This document shows positions 18,711-29,601 of a stretch of 64,000 nt of DNA, piece after piece. The first letter of the stretch is position 1. Every line of letters begins with the position of its first letter. The notes below the pieces were generated by a model, which was not told where the DNA came from, did no database searches, and saw nothing but the letters and a program-made list of their open reading frames with translations. Origin of the DNA: Alphaproteobacteria bacterium. GTDB taxonomy: Bacteria > Pseudomonadota > Alphaproteobacteria > UBA828. The stretch lies in assembly GCA_965237415.1 (NCBI GenBank), contig CBDEFM010000002.1:1472001-1536000 (forward strand), in the 5' to 3' direction. The translations under genes were made by a program, and so were the position numbers.

Positions 18711-19928
18711 TCACGCGGGCGCGGCGACGATGCCGCGATCGTGCAGCGCGCCGATGGCTCCGTCGCTGAGGCCCAGCACCTCCGCCAAAATCTCGTCGGT
18801 ATGCTGGCCGAGCTGTGGCCCCGGCTTGACGGCACCGCGCGGGGCAGAGGCGAAATCGAGCGGCGAGCCCGGCGTGAGCACGGGCCCGATCCCCGGTTGA
18901 TCGACCCGCTGGAACAGGGGATTCGCGGTCGAACAGAAGGGGTCTTCCGCCACCATCTGGGTATGGGTGCGGAAGGGCCCCCAGAGCACGCCGGCCTCGG
19001 TGAGGCGGGCGCCGACTTCCTCCAGGCTGTGGGCCGCGAACCAGGGCTCGAGCGCGGCCCGGAGCGGCTCTCTCACCTCCCAGCGATCGGCCTCGTCGGC
19101 GAGATTGACGCCGCGCTCCGTCTCGATCGCGGCGAAGGTCTCCGTAAGCCCGGTGGCCTGGCCCAGCGCCTTGACGTGCCGCGGCGTCACCACCACCAGC
19201 ATCGCCCGGCGGCCGTCTCTGGTGGCGAAGTCGCCGCCGAAGGTGCCGTACATGTCATTGCCGATGCGCGGTCGCTCGGCGCCGTTGATCTCGACATCGC
19301 CGATGTAACCCAGCGAGCCGGTGATGTGATAGGCGACGTCCGCGAGGCTGAGCCGCACCTCCTGTCCCTCGCCGGTGCGGCTGCGGTGGCGCTCGGCCGC
19401 GAGCAAGCCGATAGCGGCAGTAAGGCCGCAGGTCAGATCCCAGCCCGGCAGCACGTTGTTGACCGGCTCATCCAGATCCGCCGGCCCGGTGACGTAAGGC
19501 CAGCCCATGCGCGCGTTCACCGTGTAGTCGACGGCGACCGTTCCGTCCGGGTTGCCGATGATGCGGAGCATGATGAGGTCGGCGCGCTGGGCGCTGAGCG
19601 TCTCGTAAGAGAGCCAGTCGCCCACCTGGAGATTGGTGAGGAAGATTCCAGCCTCCGGCCCCGGCGCCGTGATGAGCGCGGCCACCAGCTCGCGCCCCTC
19701 CGCCTCGCGCAGATTGACCGCGAAGGAGCGCTTGCCCTTGTTCATGCCGGCCCAGTAGATGCTCTCGTTCTCGGGCGTGACCGGCCAGCGGCGATAGTCG
19801 AGTCCGCCGCCGAGCGGGTCGAAGCGGATCACGTCCGCTCCCATCTGGGCGAGGGTCATGCCGCCGAGTGGGGCTGCCACGAAGGCCGATCCCTCGACCA
19901 CGCGGAGGCCCTTGAGAATACCGTTCAC
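18711..19928 (-). CDS. mct: Class III CoA-transferase, mesaconyl-CoA C1-C4 transferase (2-methylfumaryl-CoA isomerase) type
   Basis: GILKGLRVVEGSAFVAAPLGGMTLAQMGADVIRFDP-GGGLDYRRWP, WAGMNKGKRS, VDYTVN follow the Chloroflexus Mct pattern. GTG 19928 with RBS AGGAGG. Confidence 0.82.
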   Translation of the reverse strand: MNGILKGLRVVEGSAFVAAPLGGMTLAQMGADVIRFDPLGGGLDYRRWPVTPENESIYWAGMNKGKRSFAVNLREAEGRELVAALITAPGPEAGIFLTNLQVGDWLSYETLSAQRADLIMLRIIGNPDGTVAVDYTVNARMGWPYVTGPADLDEPVNNVLPGWDLTCGLTAAIGLLAAERHRSRTGEGQEVRLSLADVAYHITGSLGYIGDVEINGAERPRIGNDMYGTFGGDFATRDGRRAMLVVVTPRHVKALGQATGLTETFAAIETERGVNLADEADRWEVREPLRAALEPWFAAHSLEEVGARLTEAGVLWGPFRTHTQMVAEDPFCSTANPLFQRVDQPGIGPVLTPGSPLDFASAPRGAVKPGPQLGQHTDEILAEVLGLSDGAIGALHDRGIVAAPA

Positions 19929-20014
19929 GCCCGCCCTCCTTGCTCTTGCCGCCCCGCCCCCGTTGCGGGCCGGCCAACGGTGAGCGGGCTGTGTAGTCGC
20001 CATTCAGGCGACGA

Positions 20015-23000
20015 TCAACCGTCGCTTTCGCGATACCGCAGGTGGGGCGCGCGGTCGTCCTCGACCGACCTCTCGCCCGCCTCCGGCGCACGACCGAAGA
20101 GAGCAGCGATGTCGCCTTGGATGGCCAGCAGACACGGCACCAGGATCAGCACGATCGGCGTCACGCCGATCAGACCGAAGACGATGGTGACCGCCATTGG
20201 CTTCAGGAACTGCGCCTGAAGGCTGGTCTCGAAAAGCAACGGCGTAAGGCCGAAGACCGTGGTTACCGAGGTCAGGATGACGGCACGCAGACGATCCCGC
20301 GCGCCGCCGACAATGGCGTCCTGCAGCGGCTCGCCGGCCGAGAGCCGGTCCTGGATCGCCCGCACCAGAATGATCGAATCATTGACCACGATGCCTGAAA
20401 GCCCGAGGAGGGCGACCATACTGAGCACCGTGAGGTCGAATCCCAGGACGAAGTGCCCGCAGACGGCGCCGACCGCGCCGAAGGGGATCACGGCCATGAC
20501 GGCGACGGGCCTCCAGTAACTGGCGAACACCCAGGCCAGGATCAGATAGATCGCGATCAGGCCGACCATGGCGCCGGTCCTCATATCGCCGAGCGTCCTC
20601 GCTTGTTCCTCGGCCTTGCCGCGCAGCAGGACGCCGACGCCATACCGCTCGGCGACTTCCGGCAGACCCTCGATCTGAAGTGCGTCCATGATCTCGTCGG
20701 TGGTGGTGATCGATTCGTCGATCTCCGCCGTGATCGCGACCATGCGCTGGCCGTCCTCGCGGCGGATACGTGCAAAGCCGGCCTTCTCGTCGAAGCTGAC
20801 CACTTCGGCGAGCGGCACCTCGACCCCTGCGAGGCTTCGCACATAGCCGCGGCGGAGATCGGCTTCAGTGAGGGCGTCATGCGGCAGGCGCACGCGAATG
20901 GCGACCTCCTCGTCTCCCCGCGCAAAGCGCTTGGCGATGACCCCCTCGAAGGCGGCGCGGACCTGGCCGGCGGCGCTCTCGGTCGTAAAGCCGAGAGCGC
21001 GGCCGCGTGGGCTCACCGTGAGGATCGTCTCCCGCTTGCCGTAGGGCGTGTCGTCTTCGATATCGCTTACGCCTGGGAAGCGGCTGAGCAGCGTGAGGAC
21101 CTCGCCTGCCGCCCCCTTGAGTGCCCGCACATCGTCGCCCGTCACCCGGATGTCGATCTCGCGGCCGGGCGGTCCCGCTTGGCGCTCGAGGATCGTCATG
21201 GTCTCGAGGCCAGGCAGCGGGCGTACACGGCTGCGCCACGCCTCGATCAGCGCCGGGGTGCGAACGGCGCGCCGATCGGCGGGCCGCAGCTCCACCCGCA
21301 TGCCGCCGATATGATCGCCGGTACCGAGGAAGAATCCGTTGGGGCGAGCCGCAGGCTTGCCGACTTGACCGAGGCTCATGGCCACGAGACCGCCCGCGCC
21401 ACCGGTCAGCTCCGCCTCGGCCTCATTGAGCGCCCGTTCTAGCTCGCGAACCATGGCGATGGTCGTCTCGCGCTTGGTGCCTTCGACGAAGGCGACGTTC
21501 GCGAGCACCGCGTCCGATTCCGGCGAGGGGAAGAAGACGAACGAGATGCGCCCGCCCGCGATCAGGCCCACGAACACCAAGAGGAGCCCGATCGCGAGGC
21601 TCATGGTGAGGTATCGCCAGGTGACGCAGCCGCGCACGATTCGGGCAAACAGCCCGTCTCGGAACGCATCGAAGCGCGGGTTGAACCAGCGTGCGAACCG
21701 GTTCTCGACGCGCGGATCGCCTTTCAGCGCCACGCGCAGATGACCGGGCAAGATAAGGAAACACTCGATCAGGCTCGCGATGAGGACGCAGACGACCACC
21801 AGCGGAATCGCCCGGATGATCTGGCCGATCAGGCCCGACACCATGAATAGCGGCAAGAAGGCAGCGATCGTGGTCAGCGTCGCCGCCATCACGGGCGCCA
21901 GCATTCGGCGCGCGCCGCGTTCGGCCGCACCCACGGCGCCGGCGCCGGCTGTGCGGTGTGTCACCGCGTGTTCGCTGACCACGATCGCATCGTCCACGAT
22001 GATGCCGACCGCCATGATGAGCGCGAACAGGCTTACCATGTTGATGGACTGGCCGGTAAGCATCATCACGCCGAGGGTGGCGAGCAGCGAGACCGGGATC
22101 CCCACCGTGACCCAGAAGGCCACCCGTGCGCTGAGGAACACGAACAGGACGACGATAACCAGGGCGAGGCCGCTGGCGCCGTTACGGAGCAACATGTTGA
22201 TGCGGTCGTCGATAAGCTCCGCCGCATTGTCGTAGTGCTCGACCACCAGTGTCGGCGGCAGCGTTGGCTTAAGCTCGTCGATGAAGGTATCGAGAATGGC
22301 CGCCTGCTCCAGCGCGTCGGAGGTGGGCGCGCGCCGGACCTGCAGCTCGATGGCGGGGTAGCCGGCCCTGAACGCAACCGCATCCCGCTCGTTGAACCGA
22401 TCGCTGATCGCCGCGATGTCGCGGAGGTGGACCTTGGCCCCGTCCTGGCGCGCGATCACCTCGATCTGGCCGATCTCCTCGACCGTTCTCGCGAGACCGA
22501 AGCTGCGGATCTGCTTATTGGTGCCGGCAGGCACGATGCCGGACGGCAGATCGACCGAGCTCTTGCCGATACGCCCGGCGATATCGCCGAGCGTGAGGTC
22601 GAGCTGTCTCAGGTGCCCCTCGCCGACCTCGACCCAGATCTCTTCGCGTCGGCTCCCGAACAGATCGACCTTGTCGACACCTGCGGAAAGCAGCCGCTCC
22701 CGAATGTCCTTGGCATGAGCGCGGAGCGCCGCCTCGGAGAAGGGCCCCGAGATCACGACATTGCCGATGTTCTCGTAAGTGTAGATCCGGGTTACGACCG
22801 GCTTCTCGGAGTCCTCCGGCAGCGTCTCGACTCGGCCCACGGCATTCTCGACATTGGCCAGCGCCGTATCCAGATTCGTCCCGGGATGGAACTCGATGAT
22901 GATCGAGCCGACACCTTCGACCGACTGTGACACGACGCGCTTGACCCCGTCGAGGAAGCGCACTTCCGGCTCGATCGCCGCTACGACGTTGGCATCGACG

Positions 23001-23188
23001 TCCTCGGCGCTGGCGCCGGGCCACGTCACGCTCGCCGAGATCCAATCGATGCCGAAGGTAGGAAAGAACTGGGTGTTCATGCGCGCGAGCCCGAGCGCGC
23101 CGAACAGGATCATAAGTACCATCAGAAGGTTGGCGGCAGTGCGGTGACGCGCGAACAGCGCGATCAGGCCGCGACCGGCTGAGGTCAT
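20015..23188 (-). CDS. RND efflux transporter permease (AcrB/AcrD/AcrF family)
   Basis: 1057 aa; AANLLM, GIIVDDAIVVSEH, GIVVNDSIILV, RLRAVILTSVTT. Confidence 0.95.
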   Translation of the reverse strand: MTSAGRGLIALFARHRTAANLLMVLMILFGALGLARMNTQFFPTFGIDWISASVTWPGASAEDVDANVVAAIEPEVRFLDGVKRVVSQSVEGVGSIIIEFHPGTNLDTALANVENAVGRVETLPEDSEKPVVTRIYTYENIGNVVISGPFSEAALRAHAKDIRERLLSAGVDKVDLFGSRREEIWVEVGEGHLRQLDLTLGDIAGRIGKSSVDLPSGIVPAGTNKQIRSFGLARTVEEIGQIEVIARQDGAKVHLRDIAAISDRFNERDAVAFRAGYPAIELQVRRAPTSDALEQAAILDTFIDELKPTLPPTLVVEHYDNAAELIDDRINMLLRNGASGLALVIVVLFVFLSARVAFWVTVGIPVSLLATLGVMMLTGQSINMVSLFALIMAVGIIVDDAIVVSEHAVTHRTAGAGAVGAAERGARRMLAPVMAATLTTIAAFLPLFMVSGLIGQIIRAIPLVVVCVLIASLIECFLILPGHLRVALKGDPRVENRFARWFNPRFDAFRDGLFARIVRGCVTWRYLTMSLAIGLLLVFVGLIAGGRISFVFFPSPESDAVLANVAFVEGTKRETTIAMVRELERALNEAEAELTGGAGGLVAMSLGQVGKPAARPNGFFLGTGDHIGGMRVELRPADRRAVRTPALIEAWRSRVRPLPGLETMTILERQAGPPGREIDIRVTGDDVRALKGAAGEVLTLLSRFPGVSDIEDDTPYGKRETILTVSPRGRALGFTTESAAGQVRAAFEGVIAKRFARGDEEVAIRVRLPHDALTEADLRRGYVRSLAGVEVPLAEVVSFDEKAGFARIRREDGQRMVAITAEIDESITTTDEIMDALQIEGLPEVAERYGVGVLLRGKAEEQARTLGDMRTGAMVGLIAIYLILAWVFASYWRPVAVMAVIPFGAVGAVCGHFVLGFDLTVLSMVALLGLSGIVVNDSIILVRAIQDRLSAGEPLQDAIVGGARDRLRAVILTSVTTVFGLTPLLFETSLQAQFLKPMAVTIVFGLIGVTPIVLILVPCLLAIQGDIAALFGRAPEAGERSVEDDRAPHLRYRESDG

Positions 23189-24441
23189 CTAACCTGGACC
23201 CTGACACCGGGTCCGATCTCGGGGAAGCGGGTCGTCGCGATGCGCTCGCCGTCTGCGATTCCGCCCGACACCACTACGTCGTTGCCAACGCGGGCGAGCA
23301 GCACCACCGGGCGGGGCTCGAGCCGGCCGTCGACAACGGCGTACACCGTGTCGCCACCCACCAGCGCCGTCTCAGGCAGACGCGCAGCACCCCGGTACAC
23401 ACGGTCCGGGATGCGAACTTCGACGAAGGCACCGGGCCGAAGCGGCACCCGCGCCGCCTCCTGCTCGATTCGCGCAAAGACCCGCACCCCGCCGCTCGCC
23501 GCATCGACCACGCCATCCGCCCGCTGGATTACCGCGCGGAAGGGGAAGCTGCGGCTGCCCGCGCGCCACGTCACCTCGACCGGGCGGCCGCGAAGACCCG
23601 CCGCTGAGGAGACGAGACGACCATAATCCCCGTCGCTCAGTTGAATCCGGATGTCCAGACGCGCCAGATCCAACAGGCGCACGACACGGTCGTTCACACC
23701 CAACCGCTTGCCGAGCGCCGCAGACACACCCGTCAGGTAGCCATCGAAGGGCGCGACAAGCCGCGTGTTCGCAAGATCGTGCCGGGCCCGCTCCACCGCC
23801 ACCGCGCTCCGCGCGATCACCGCTTCCTGACGCGCGATACGCGCCCGCAAGCCCGCAACCCGACGTTCCGTCCCCGCCGCCGCCCGCGCACGCTCGCTGC
23901 GACGCACCAGAGCATCGTCCACTGCCTTCTGCGCCGCCGTCCCCTTGGCCAACAGGTCGCGGCGCCGCTCAAGCTCCCGCTCCGCAAGCTCAAGCTGCGT
24001 CCGCTCCTCGACCAGACCGGCCTCCTCCGCCCCAAGCTCGGTTCTGGTCTCCGCAAGCTGCGCCCGGGCCTCCGCCAGAGACGCCTCGGCCTCCGTCACC
24101 GCAGCGCGATACTCGAACGGATCGATCTCCACCAGAAGCTCGCCCGCCCGCACCGTGCCGCCGTTCACGAAGTTTTCGCCCGCCGCCACCACGGGGCCTG
24201 CCACCAGCGCCCGCAGCTCCACGTCGCGCTGCGCCACCACCTCGCCAAAGGCGGAAATGGAGGGCTGAACGTCGGCTATCTGCACGGTCGTTGCGGCAAT
24301 CGGCCGTGCCCGCTCCTGCGGCCCCTTGCGCTCGATCTCGGGCCTCGTCGCCTGCAGATAGCCGACCGCAAGCACCGCGCAAACCAGCGTCAGCAGCGGA
24401 AGCACGATCTTCAACGTCCGAAAATGCCGGCGGCCAGACAA
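23185..24441 (-). CDS. RND efflux periplasmic adaptor (MFP)
   Basis: N-terminal TM, lipoyl-like GGTVRAGELLVEID, coiled coil, LVAPFDG, LRPGAFVEV; ATGA-like overlap with the permease. Confidence 0.92.
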   Translation of the reverse strand: MSGRRHFRTLKIVLPLLTLVCAVLAVGYLQATRPEIERKGPQERARPIAATTVQIADVQPSISAFGEVVAQRDVELRALVAGPVVAAGENFVNGGTVRAGELLVEIDPFEYRAAVTEAEASLAEARAQLAETRTELGAEEAGLVEERTQLELAERELERRRDLLAKGTAAQKAVDDALVRRSERARAAAGTERRVAGLRARIARQEAVIARSAVAVERARHDLANTRLVAPFDGYLTGVSAALGKRLGVNDRVVRLLDLARLDIRIQLSDGDYGRLVSSAAGLRGRPVEVTWRAGSRSFPFRAVIQRADGVVDAASGGVRVFARIEQEAARVPLRPGAFVEVRIPDRVYRGAARLPETALVGGDTVYAVVDGRLEPRPVVLLARVGNDVVVSGGIADGERIATTRFPEIGPGVRVQVR

Positions 24442-24547
24442 CGGTGGCTTCTCCCTACTCCTCTACGCTTCCGCTCGTGATGGGCGGCCTTGTGCCACTG
24501 CCATCCCGCGGCGACAATCGCGGCCCGACGAACGAATGGTGATGCGA

Positions 24548-25717
24548 ATGTCCGGCACCCATTACGATTCCATCGAGATGATTGAGCGGCTCGTGTTCTT
24601 TGACACGACTAGTCGTGAGTCGAATCTCGCGCTCATTCATTTCGTGCGCGACTATCTCGCCTCTCACGGCATTGACTCTACACTTATTCATGACAAGACG
24701 GGAAACAAGGCGAATCTTTACGCGACGGTAGGGCCGGGCGACGTGCCCGGCATCGCGCTTTCGGGCCATACCGACGTGGTGCCGGTGGATGGCCAGCCCT
24801 GGGACACAGACCCGTTCAGCCTCGTGGAGAAGGACGGCCGCCTCTATGGGCGCGGCACTTCGGACATGAAGAGCTTCAGCGCGATTGCGCTCGCCCTCGT
24901 GCCGGAGTTCACCGCCCGCCCGCTCAAGACACCGATCCATTTCGCCCTCTCGTTCGACGAAGAGGTCGGCTGCCTCGGGGCGCCGCTGATGATCAACCAG
25001 CTTGGCACCACGCTGGGCGTCAAGCCGCACATTGTGATCGTGGGCGAGCCCACGAACATGGCGGTCGTGAACGCCCACAAGGGTGTCTACAGCTTCGAGA
25101 CCCGCGTGCGCGGCCGGGAAGTCCATTCCAGCGCCACCCATCTTGGGGTGAACGCGGTGCAGCACGCTGCGACGCTGGTCCACTTCCTGACCGAAATGGC
25201 CGACGAGATGGCTGGCCGGGCCGACCCTGAGAGCGGGTTCGACCCGCCCTATACGACGGTTCATGTGGGCACGATTCGGGGCGGCACCGCCCAGAATATC
25301 GTGCCGCTCGACTGCGCCTTCACGTGGGAATACCGGCTGATGCCGGGGGCGGACCCCGACGAGATTCGCACCCGCTTCGAGCAGTTTGCCGAAGAGACCG
25401 TTCTGCCCCGCATGCACGCGGTCGATCCCGGCACGGCGATTTCCACGCAGGTCCGCGCGCAAGTGCCGGGCCTCGTGCCCGAGGACGGCTCGCCGGCGGA
25501 AGCGATCGTGATGGCGCTCGCGCGCACCAACCATACCGAGGTGGTCGCCTACGGCACCGAGGCAGGGCAGTTCCAGGAAGTCGGGATCCCGACCGTGATC
25601 TGCGGGCCCGGCAGCATCCTCCAGGCGCACCAGCCCAACGAATACGTCGAGTTGAGCCAGGTGCGCGCCTGCGAGGCCTTCATGCGCCGCCTGCTCGACG
25701 AGGTGTGCGCGGCCTGA
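24548..25717 (+). CDS. argE: Acetylornithine deacetylase (M20 family)
   Basis: FDTTSRESNLALI, LSGHTDVVPV, YGRGTSDMK, DEEVGCLG, GEPT, AHQPNEY. Confidence 0.9.
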   Translation: MSGTHYDSIEMIERLVFFDTTSRESNLALIHFVRDYLASHGIDSTLIHDKTGNKANLYATVGPGDVPGIALSGHTDVVPVDGQPWDTDPFSLVEKDGRLYGRGTSDMKSFSAIALALVPEFTARPLKTPIHFALSFDEEVGCLGAPLMINQLGTTLGVKPHIVIVGEPTNMAVVNAHKGVYSFETRVRGREVHSSATHLGVNAVQHAATLVHFLTEMADEMAGRADPESGFDPPYTTVHVGTIRGGTAQNIVPLDCAFTWEYRLMPGADPDEIRTRFEQFAEETVLPRMHAVDPGTAISTQVRAQVPGLVPEDGSPAEAIVMALARTNHTEVVAYGTEAGQFQEVGIPTVICGPGSILQAHQPNEYVELSQVRACEAFMRRLLDEVCAA

Positions 25718-25733
25718 TGGCACCGGCGGCGGA

Positions 25734-25809
25734 TTTTCCACAGGTTATCCTCAGGTTACCCGCAGCTTGTCCATAAAGTATCCACAACCTATCCACCGGT
25801 TTATCCACT
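25734..25809 (+). promoter_or_regulatory. Array of seven co-oriented DnaA-box-like 9-mers
   Basis: TTTTCCACA 25734, TTATCCTCA 25745, TTACCCGCA 25756, TTGTCCATA 25767, GTATCCACA 25778, CTATCCACC 25789, TTATCCACT 25801; consensus TTWTNCACA. Confidence 0.8.
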
Positions 25810-25831
25810 CAAAGACGGAGGAACGCGAGGA

Positions 25832-27931
25832 ATGGGCGGCGCGAGCTTGGAGCGCGAGGGCGCGGTCGGCGTCATCACCATCGACAACCCGCCGGTAAAT
25901 GCGATGAGCCCTGGCGTGCCGGGCGCGATAGTCGAGCGGCTGGCGGAAGCCCAGGCCGACGATACGGTCGAGGCGGTGGTGCTGCGCGGCGCGGGCAAGG
26001 GCGCGCTTGCCGGCGCCGACATTCGCCAATTTGGCAAGCCGTGGCCCGAAGGCGAGCCGACGCTCCGCGACGTGATTCCGGCAATCGAGCAGTCCGCCAA
26101 GCCGGTGATTGCCGCGCTCGCCGGCTATTGCCTCGGCGGCGGGCTTGAGATGGCGCTCTCCTGCCACTACCGGGTCGCGAGCCGGAAGACCGAGGTGGGC
26201 CAGCCGGAGGTGGCGCTGGGCTTCCCGCCCGGCGCCGGCGGCACCCAGCGCCTGCCGCGGCTTGCGGGCGTGGAGACGGCGCTCGCGATGATCGTCGACG
26301 GCACCCCGATCGGCGCCGCAGAAGCAGCCGAGCACGGGATCCTCGATCGGGTGATCGACGGCGATCTGCTGGAAGGCGCGCTTGCCTTTGCGCAAGAACG
26401 GATCGCCGCCGGGCCGCCGCACCCGCTCGCGCGCGACCGCACGCCGGAGCTCAAGGATCCGGAAATCTTCGCGGCCACCCGCGAGCGTCTGGAGCGCCAA
26501 GCACGCGGCCAGAGGGCGCCGGTCGCGTGCCTCGAATGCGTCGAAATAGCGCTGACGCTCCCCTTCGATGATGGAATTCGCAAGGAGCGCGAAATCTTCG
26601 AGGAATGCATGGCCTCGCCGGAATCGACGGCGCTTCGCCACGTGTTCTTCGCGGAGCGCGCGGCGCGCAAGGTCCCCGGTATCGACAAGGAGACACCGGT
26701 GCGGCCCATCGAGAGCGCGGCCATCGTCGGTGCCGGCACCATGGGCAGGGGTATCGCCACCTGCTTCGCCAACGCCGGAATTCCGGTGCGCTTGATGGAC
26801 TCCGACTCCGAGGCCCTCGAACGCGCGCTCGCTGCGATCCGCAGCGATTACGAGCGGCGCGTGGCACGCGGCCGGATCGGCGCCGTCGACGCCGAGGCCC
26901 GCATCGGGCTGATCGAGCCCATCGAGACGATGGAGGGTGTCGCCGGGGCCGATCTCGTCATCGAGGCGGTGTTCGAGGAAATGCCGCTGAAGGAGGAGGT
27001 GTTTCGGACCCTCGATTCGGTCTGCGACGAGGGCGCGATCATCGCCTCCAACACCTCCTATCTCGATGTGAACCGCCTGGCCGATATCGTGCCCCGGCGC
27101 CGGGGCAACGTCCTCGGCATGCACTTCTTCAGCCCGGCCCAGGTGATGCGCCTCCTGGAGGTGGTGCGCACCGATTCCGCCACACCCGAGACGCTGGCCA
27201 CCGTGCTCGCGCTGGCCCGACGGCTCGGCAAGCTCGCGGTGGTGGCCGGCGTTTGCCACGGCTTCATCGGCAACCGCATGCTCGAGGGGTACACGCGGCA
27301 AGTGCGCTTCCTGCTGGAAGAGGGAGCGTCGCCGGTCGAGATCGACGCCGCGCTCACCGGGTTCGGGATGGCGATGGGGCCGTGTGCCGTCGCCGACCTC
27401 GCCGGCCTCGACGTGAGCTGGCGCAAGCGCAAGGCGGACGCCCATCTGCGCGATCCCTCCAGGCGCTATTCGGTGGTGGCGGACCGCCTGTGCGAACTGG
27501 GCCGCTTCGGCCAGAAGACCGGCGCGGGCTACTACCGCTACGAGCCCGGCAGCCGCACGCCGATCCCGGACCCCGAAGTCGACGCGCTGATCGCCGAGGT
27601 TGCGGCGGAGAGCGGCATCGACCGGCGCACCATCGGCGCAGACGAGATCGTCCAACGCCTCCTCTACGCGCTGGCGAACGAAGGCGCGCGCATCCTCGAC
27701 GAGGGCATTGCGCTCCGCGCGAGCGACATCGACCTCGTATGGATCAACGGATACGGCTTCCCCCGCTGGCGGGGCGGCGTCATGCACTGGGCCGATGCCG
27801 TCGGGCTCGACGCCATTCACACGACCGTCGCGCGCTTCGCCGAGAGCCAGGACTACTGGGAGCCCGCGCCGCTCTTGAGCCGGCTCGCGTCAGAGGGCAA
27901 GGGCTTCGCCGACGTCGACCGCGCGGCGTGA
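25832..27931 (+). CDS. Enoyl-CoA hydratase / 3-hydroxyacyl-CoA dehydrogenase multifunctional enzyme (FadB/FadJ-like)
   Basis: [63 protein letters not shown]. Confidence 0.93.
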   Translation: MGGASLEREGAVGVITIDNPPVNAMSPGVPGAIVERLAEAQADDTVEAVVLRGAGKGALAGADIRQFGKPWPEGEPTLRDVIPAIEQSAKPVIAALAGYCLGGGLEMALSCHYRVASRKTEVGQPEVALGFPPGAGGTQRLPRLAGVETALAMIVDGTPIGAAEAAEHGILDRVIDGDLLEGALAFAQERIAAGPPHPLARDRTPELKDPEIFAATRERLERQARGQRAPVACLECVEIALTLPFDDGIRKEREIFEECMASPESTALRHVFFAERAARKVPGIDKETPVRPIESAAIVGAGTMGRGIATCFANAGIPVRLMDSDSEALERALAAIRSDYERRVARGRIGAVDAEARIGLIEPIETMEGVAGADLVIEAVFEEMPLKEEVFRTLDSVCDEGAIIASNTSYLDVNRLADIVPRRRGNVLGMHFFSPAQVMRLLEVVRTDSATPETLATVLALARRLGKLAVVAGVCHGFIGNRMLEGYTRQVRFLLEEGASPVEIDAALTGFGMAMGPCAVADLAGLDVSWRKRKADAHLRDPSRRYSVVADRLCELGRFGQKTGAGYYRYEPGSRTPIPDPEVDALIAEVAAESGIDRRTIGADEIVQRLLYALANEGARILDEGIALRASDIDLVWINGYGFPRWRGGVMHWADAVGLDAIHTTVARFAESQDYWEPAPLLSRLASEGKGFADVDRAA

Positions 27932-29074
27932 CGGCCGCGGCACGCTTGCCGACTTGAGCTGACCGCAGGCCGCCTGGATGTCCCGGCCGCGCGGCGCCCT
28001 CACCGGCGCCGCGTAGCCGGCGCGGTTGACGATCGCGGCGAACCGCTCGATGGCTTCCGGCGACGAGCACTCGTAGGGCGCTCCCGGCCAGGCATTGAAC
28101 GGGATCAGATTGAGCTTGGCCGGGATGCCGGCGATCAGGCGGATCAGCGCGCGGGCATCCGCCTCCGAGTCGTTCACGCCCTTCAGCATCACGTATTCGA
28201 AGGTGATCCGGCGCGCGTTGCTGGCTCCGGGGTAGCGGCGGCAGGCGTCGAGCAGGGCCGCGATCGGGTACTTGCGGTTGATCGGGACCAGCTCGTCGCG
28301 CAAGTCGTCGCGAACCGCATGGAGCGAGACGGCGAGGCCGACGCCGAGCTCGGCGCCGCAGCGCTCGATGATCGGCACGACACCGGCGGTGGAGAGCGTG
28401 ATCCGCCGGCGCGAGAGCGCGATCCCCTCCGGGTCCATCACGATGCGGAGCGCCTTGGCGACGTTGTCGTAGTTGAAGAGCGGCTCCCCCATACCCATCA
28501 TCACGATGTTGGAGAGCATGCGCGGCCCGCGCGGCGACGGCCATTCGCCGTACGAATCGCGGGCCACCAGGAACTGGGCGACGATCTCGCCGGCATCCAG
28601 ATTGCGCACCATGCGCTGGGTGCCGGTGTGGCAAAAGGTGCAGGAAAGCGTGCAGCCCACCTGGGAGGAGATGCAGAGCGCGCCGCGATCCTCCTCCGGG
28701 ATGTAGACGGATTCCACCTCGCGGCCATCGGCGAAGCGCAGCAGCCACTTTCGCGTCCCGTCCGCCGAACGCTGCTCCGTCGCCGTCTCGGGGCGTGCCA
28801 GGGTATAGCGCTCGGCGAGCGCAGCGCGCAGCACGCCGGCGATGGTCGTCATCGTGCCGAATTCGACGGCGCCCCGGTGGTAAATCCAGTGCCAGAGCTG
28901 CTTGGCCCGCATCCGGATCCGCTCCGGCGGCACGCCGACGGCCTGCAGGCGCTCGGCAAGCTCGTCGCGCGTGAGCCCGATCAGGCTCTCGCGTTCGTCC
29001 TTTACGGAATTCGTCTCGCTTGCTGCGCCGGCGCCGGACCGGGAACCTGCGCCGGGAGCCCGGTCTACGGGCAC
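27890..29074 (-). CDS. rlmN: 23S rRNA m2A2503 / tRNA methyltransferase RlmN
   Basis: [52 protein letters not shown]. Start uncertain. Confidence 0.96.
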   Translation of the reverse strand: MPVDRAPGAGSRSGAGAASETNSVKDERESLIGLTRDELAERLQAVGVPPERIRMRAKQLWHWIYHRGAVEFGTMTTIAGVLRAALAERYTLARPETATEQRSADGTRKWLLRFADGREVESVYIPEEDRGALCISSQVGCTLSCTFCHTGTQRMVRNLDAGEIVAQFLVARDSYGEWPSPRGPRMLSNIVMMGMGEPLFNYDNVAKALRIVMDPEGIALSRRRITLSTAGVVPIIERCGAELGVGLAVSLHAVRDDLRDELVPINRKYPIAALLDACRRYPGASNARRITFEYVMLKGVNDSEADARALIRLIAGIPAKLNLIPFNAWPGAPYECSSPEAIERFAAIVNRAGYAAPVRAPRGRDIQAACGQLKSASVPRPSRRAVDVGEALAL

Positions 29075-29601
29075 GCCCTGACGATGGCGTCGTGAATCTT
29101 GGTAAAGCCGATGAGGGAGTACGAGTCCTCGGAATAGGTATTCTTGAGCGAGACCCCGCGCACCTTCAACTCGCGACCGCGAATCATGGCCTTGACGACG
29201 GTGGCGTCCGCCCCCTCGTCACTCACCCACGCGTGCTCCCCATGGGTCAGGTCGAAGCTGAAATTGCGCCCGTCGATGGTCACCTTCACGGGCTTCCCCT
29301 CGGGATAGGGGTATCCGGAGGTCACGCTCACCTCTTCGGTCGTCCTGCTGCCCCGGCGCCGGGTCACCATGATGTTGGGCGTGCCGCGCCGCTTGTAGTT
29401 GCCCGTGGATTTCGCGGGCTTCGCGTGCATGTAGCAGACCTTGCTACCGTCGCTCACGTAGCTGTGGGACCTCCAATTGGAGTTCTCGGCCAAGGGTTCA
29501 GGCTTGACCTGCGCGTCAGCGTCCTGCGGCCCCGCGAGGAGCGAGATACAAAGAAACGCAGGGACGAGGAGAGCCGGCGTCGCGGCTATGCGTCGAATCA
29601 T
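29065..29601 (-). CDS. Invasion-associated locus B (IalB)-like exported protein
   Basis: Signal peptide; KVCYM...P...[29 protein letters not shown], terminal C. Usual upstream neighbour of rlmN in alphaproteobacteria. Confidence 0.8.
   Translation of the reverse strand: MIRRIAATPALLVPAFLCISLLAGPQDADAQVKPEPLAENSNWRSHSYVSDGSKVCYMHAKPAKSTGNYKRRGTPNIMVTRRRGSRTTEEVSVTSGYPYPEGKPVKVTIDGRNFSFDLTHGEHAWVSDEGADATVVKAMIRGRELKVRGVSLKNTYSEDSYSLIGFTKIHDAIVRACP

Noticed and set aside
25717-25832. Definitive oriC call
   Set aside because: The gap is only 114 bp, with no AT-rich unwinding element and no hemE/dnaA/parAB neighbours; reported only as a DnaA-box array.
27890-27931. 42-nt convergent overlap of the FadB-like gene and rlmN as a regulatory device
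   Set aside because: Best explained by a short non-conserved read-through tail on rlmN, common in GC-rich genomes.
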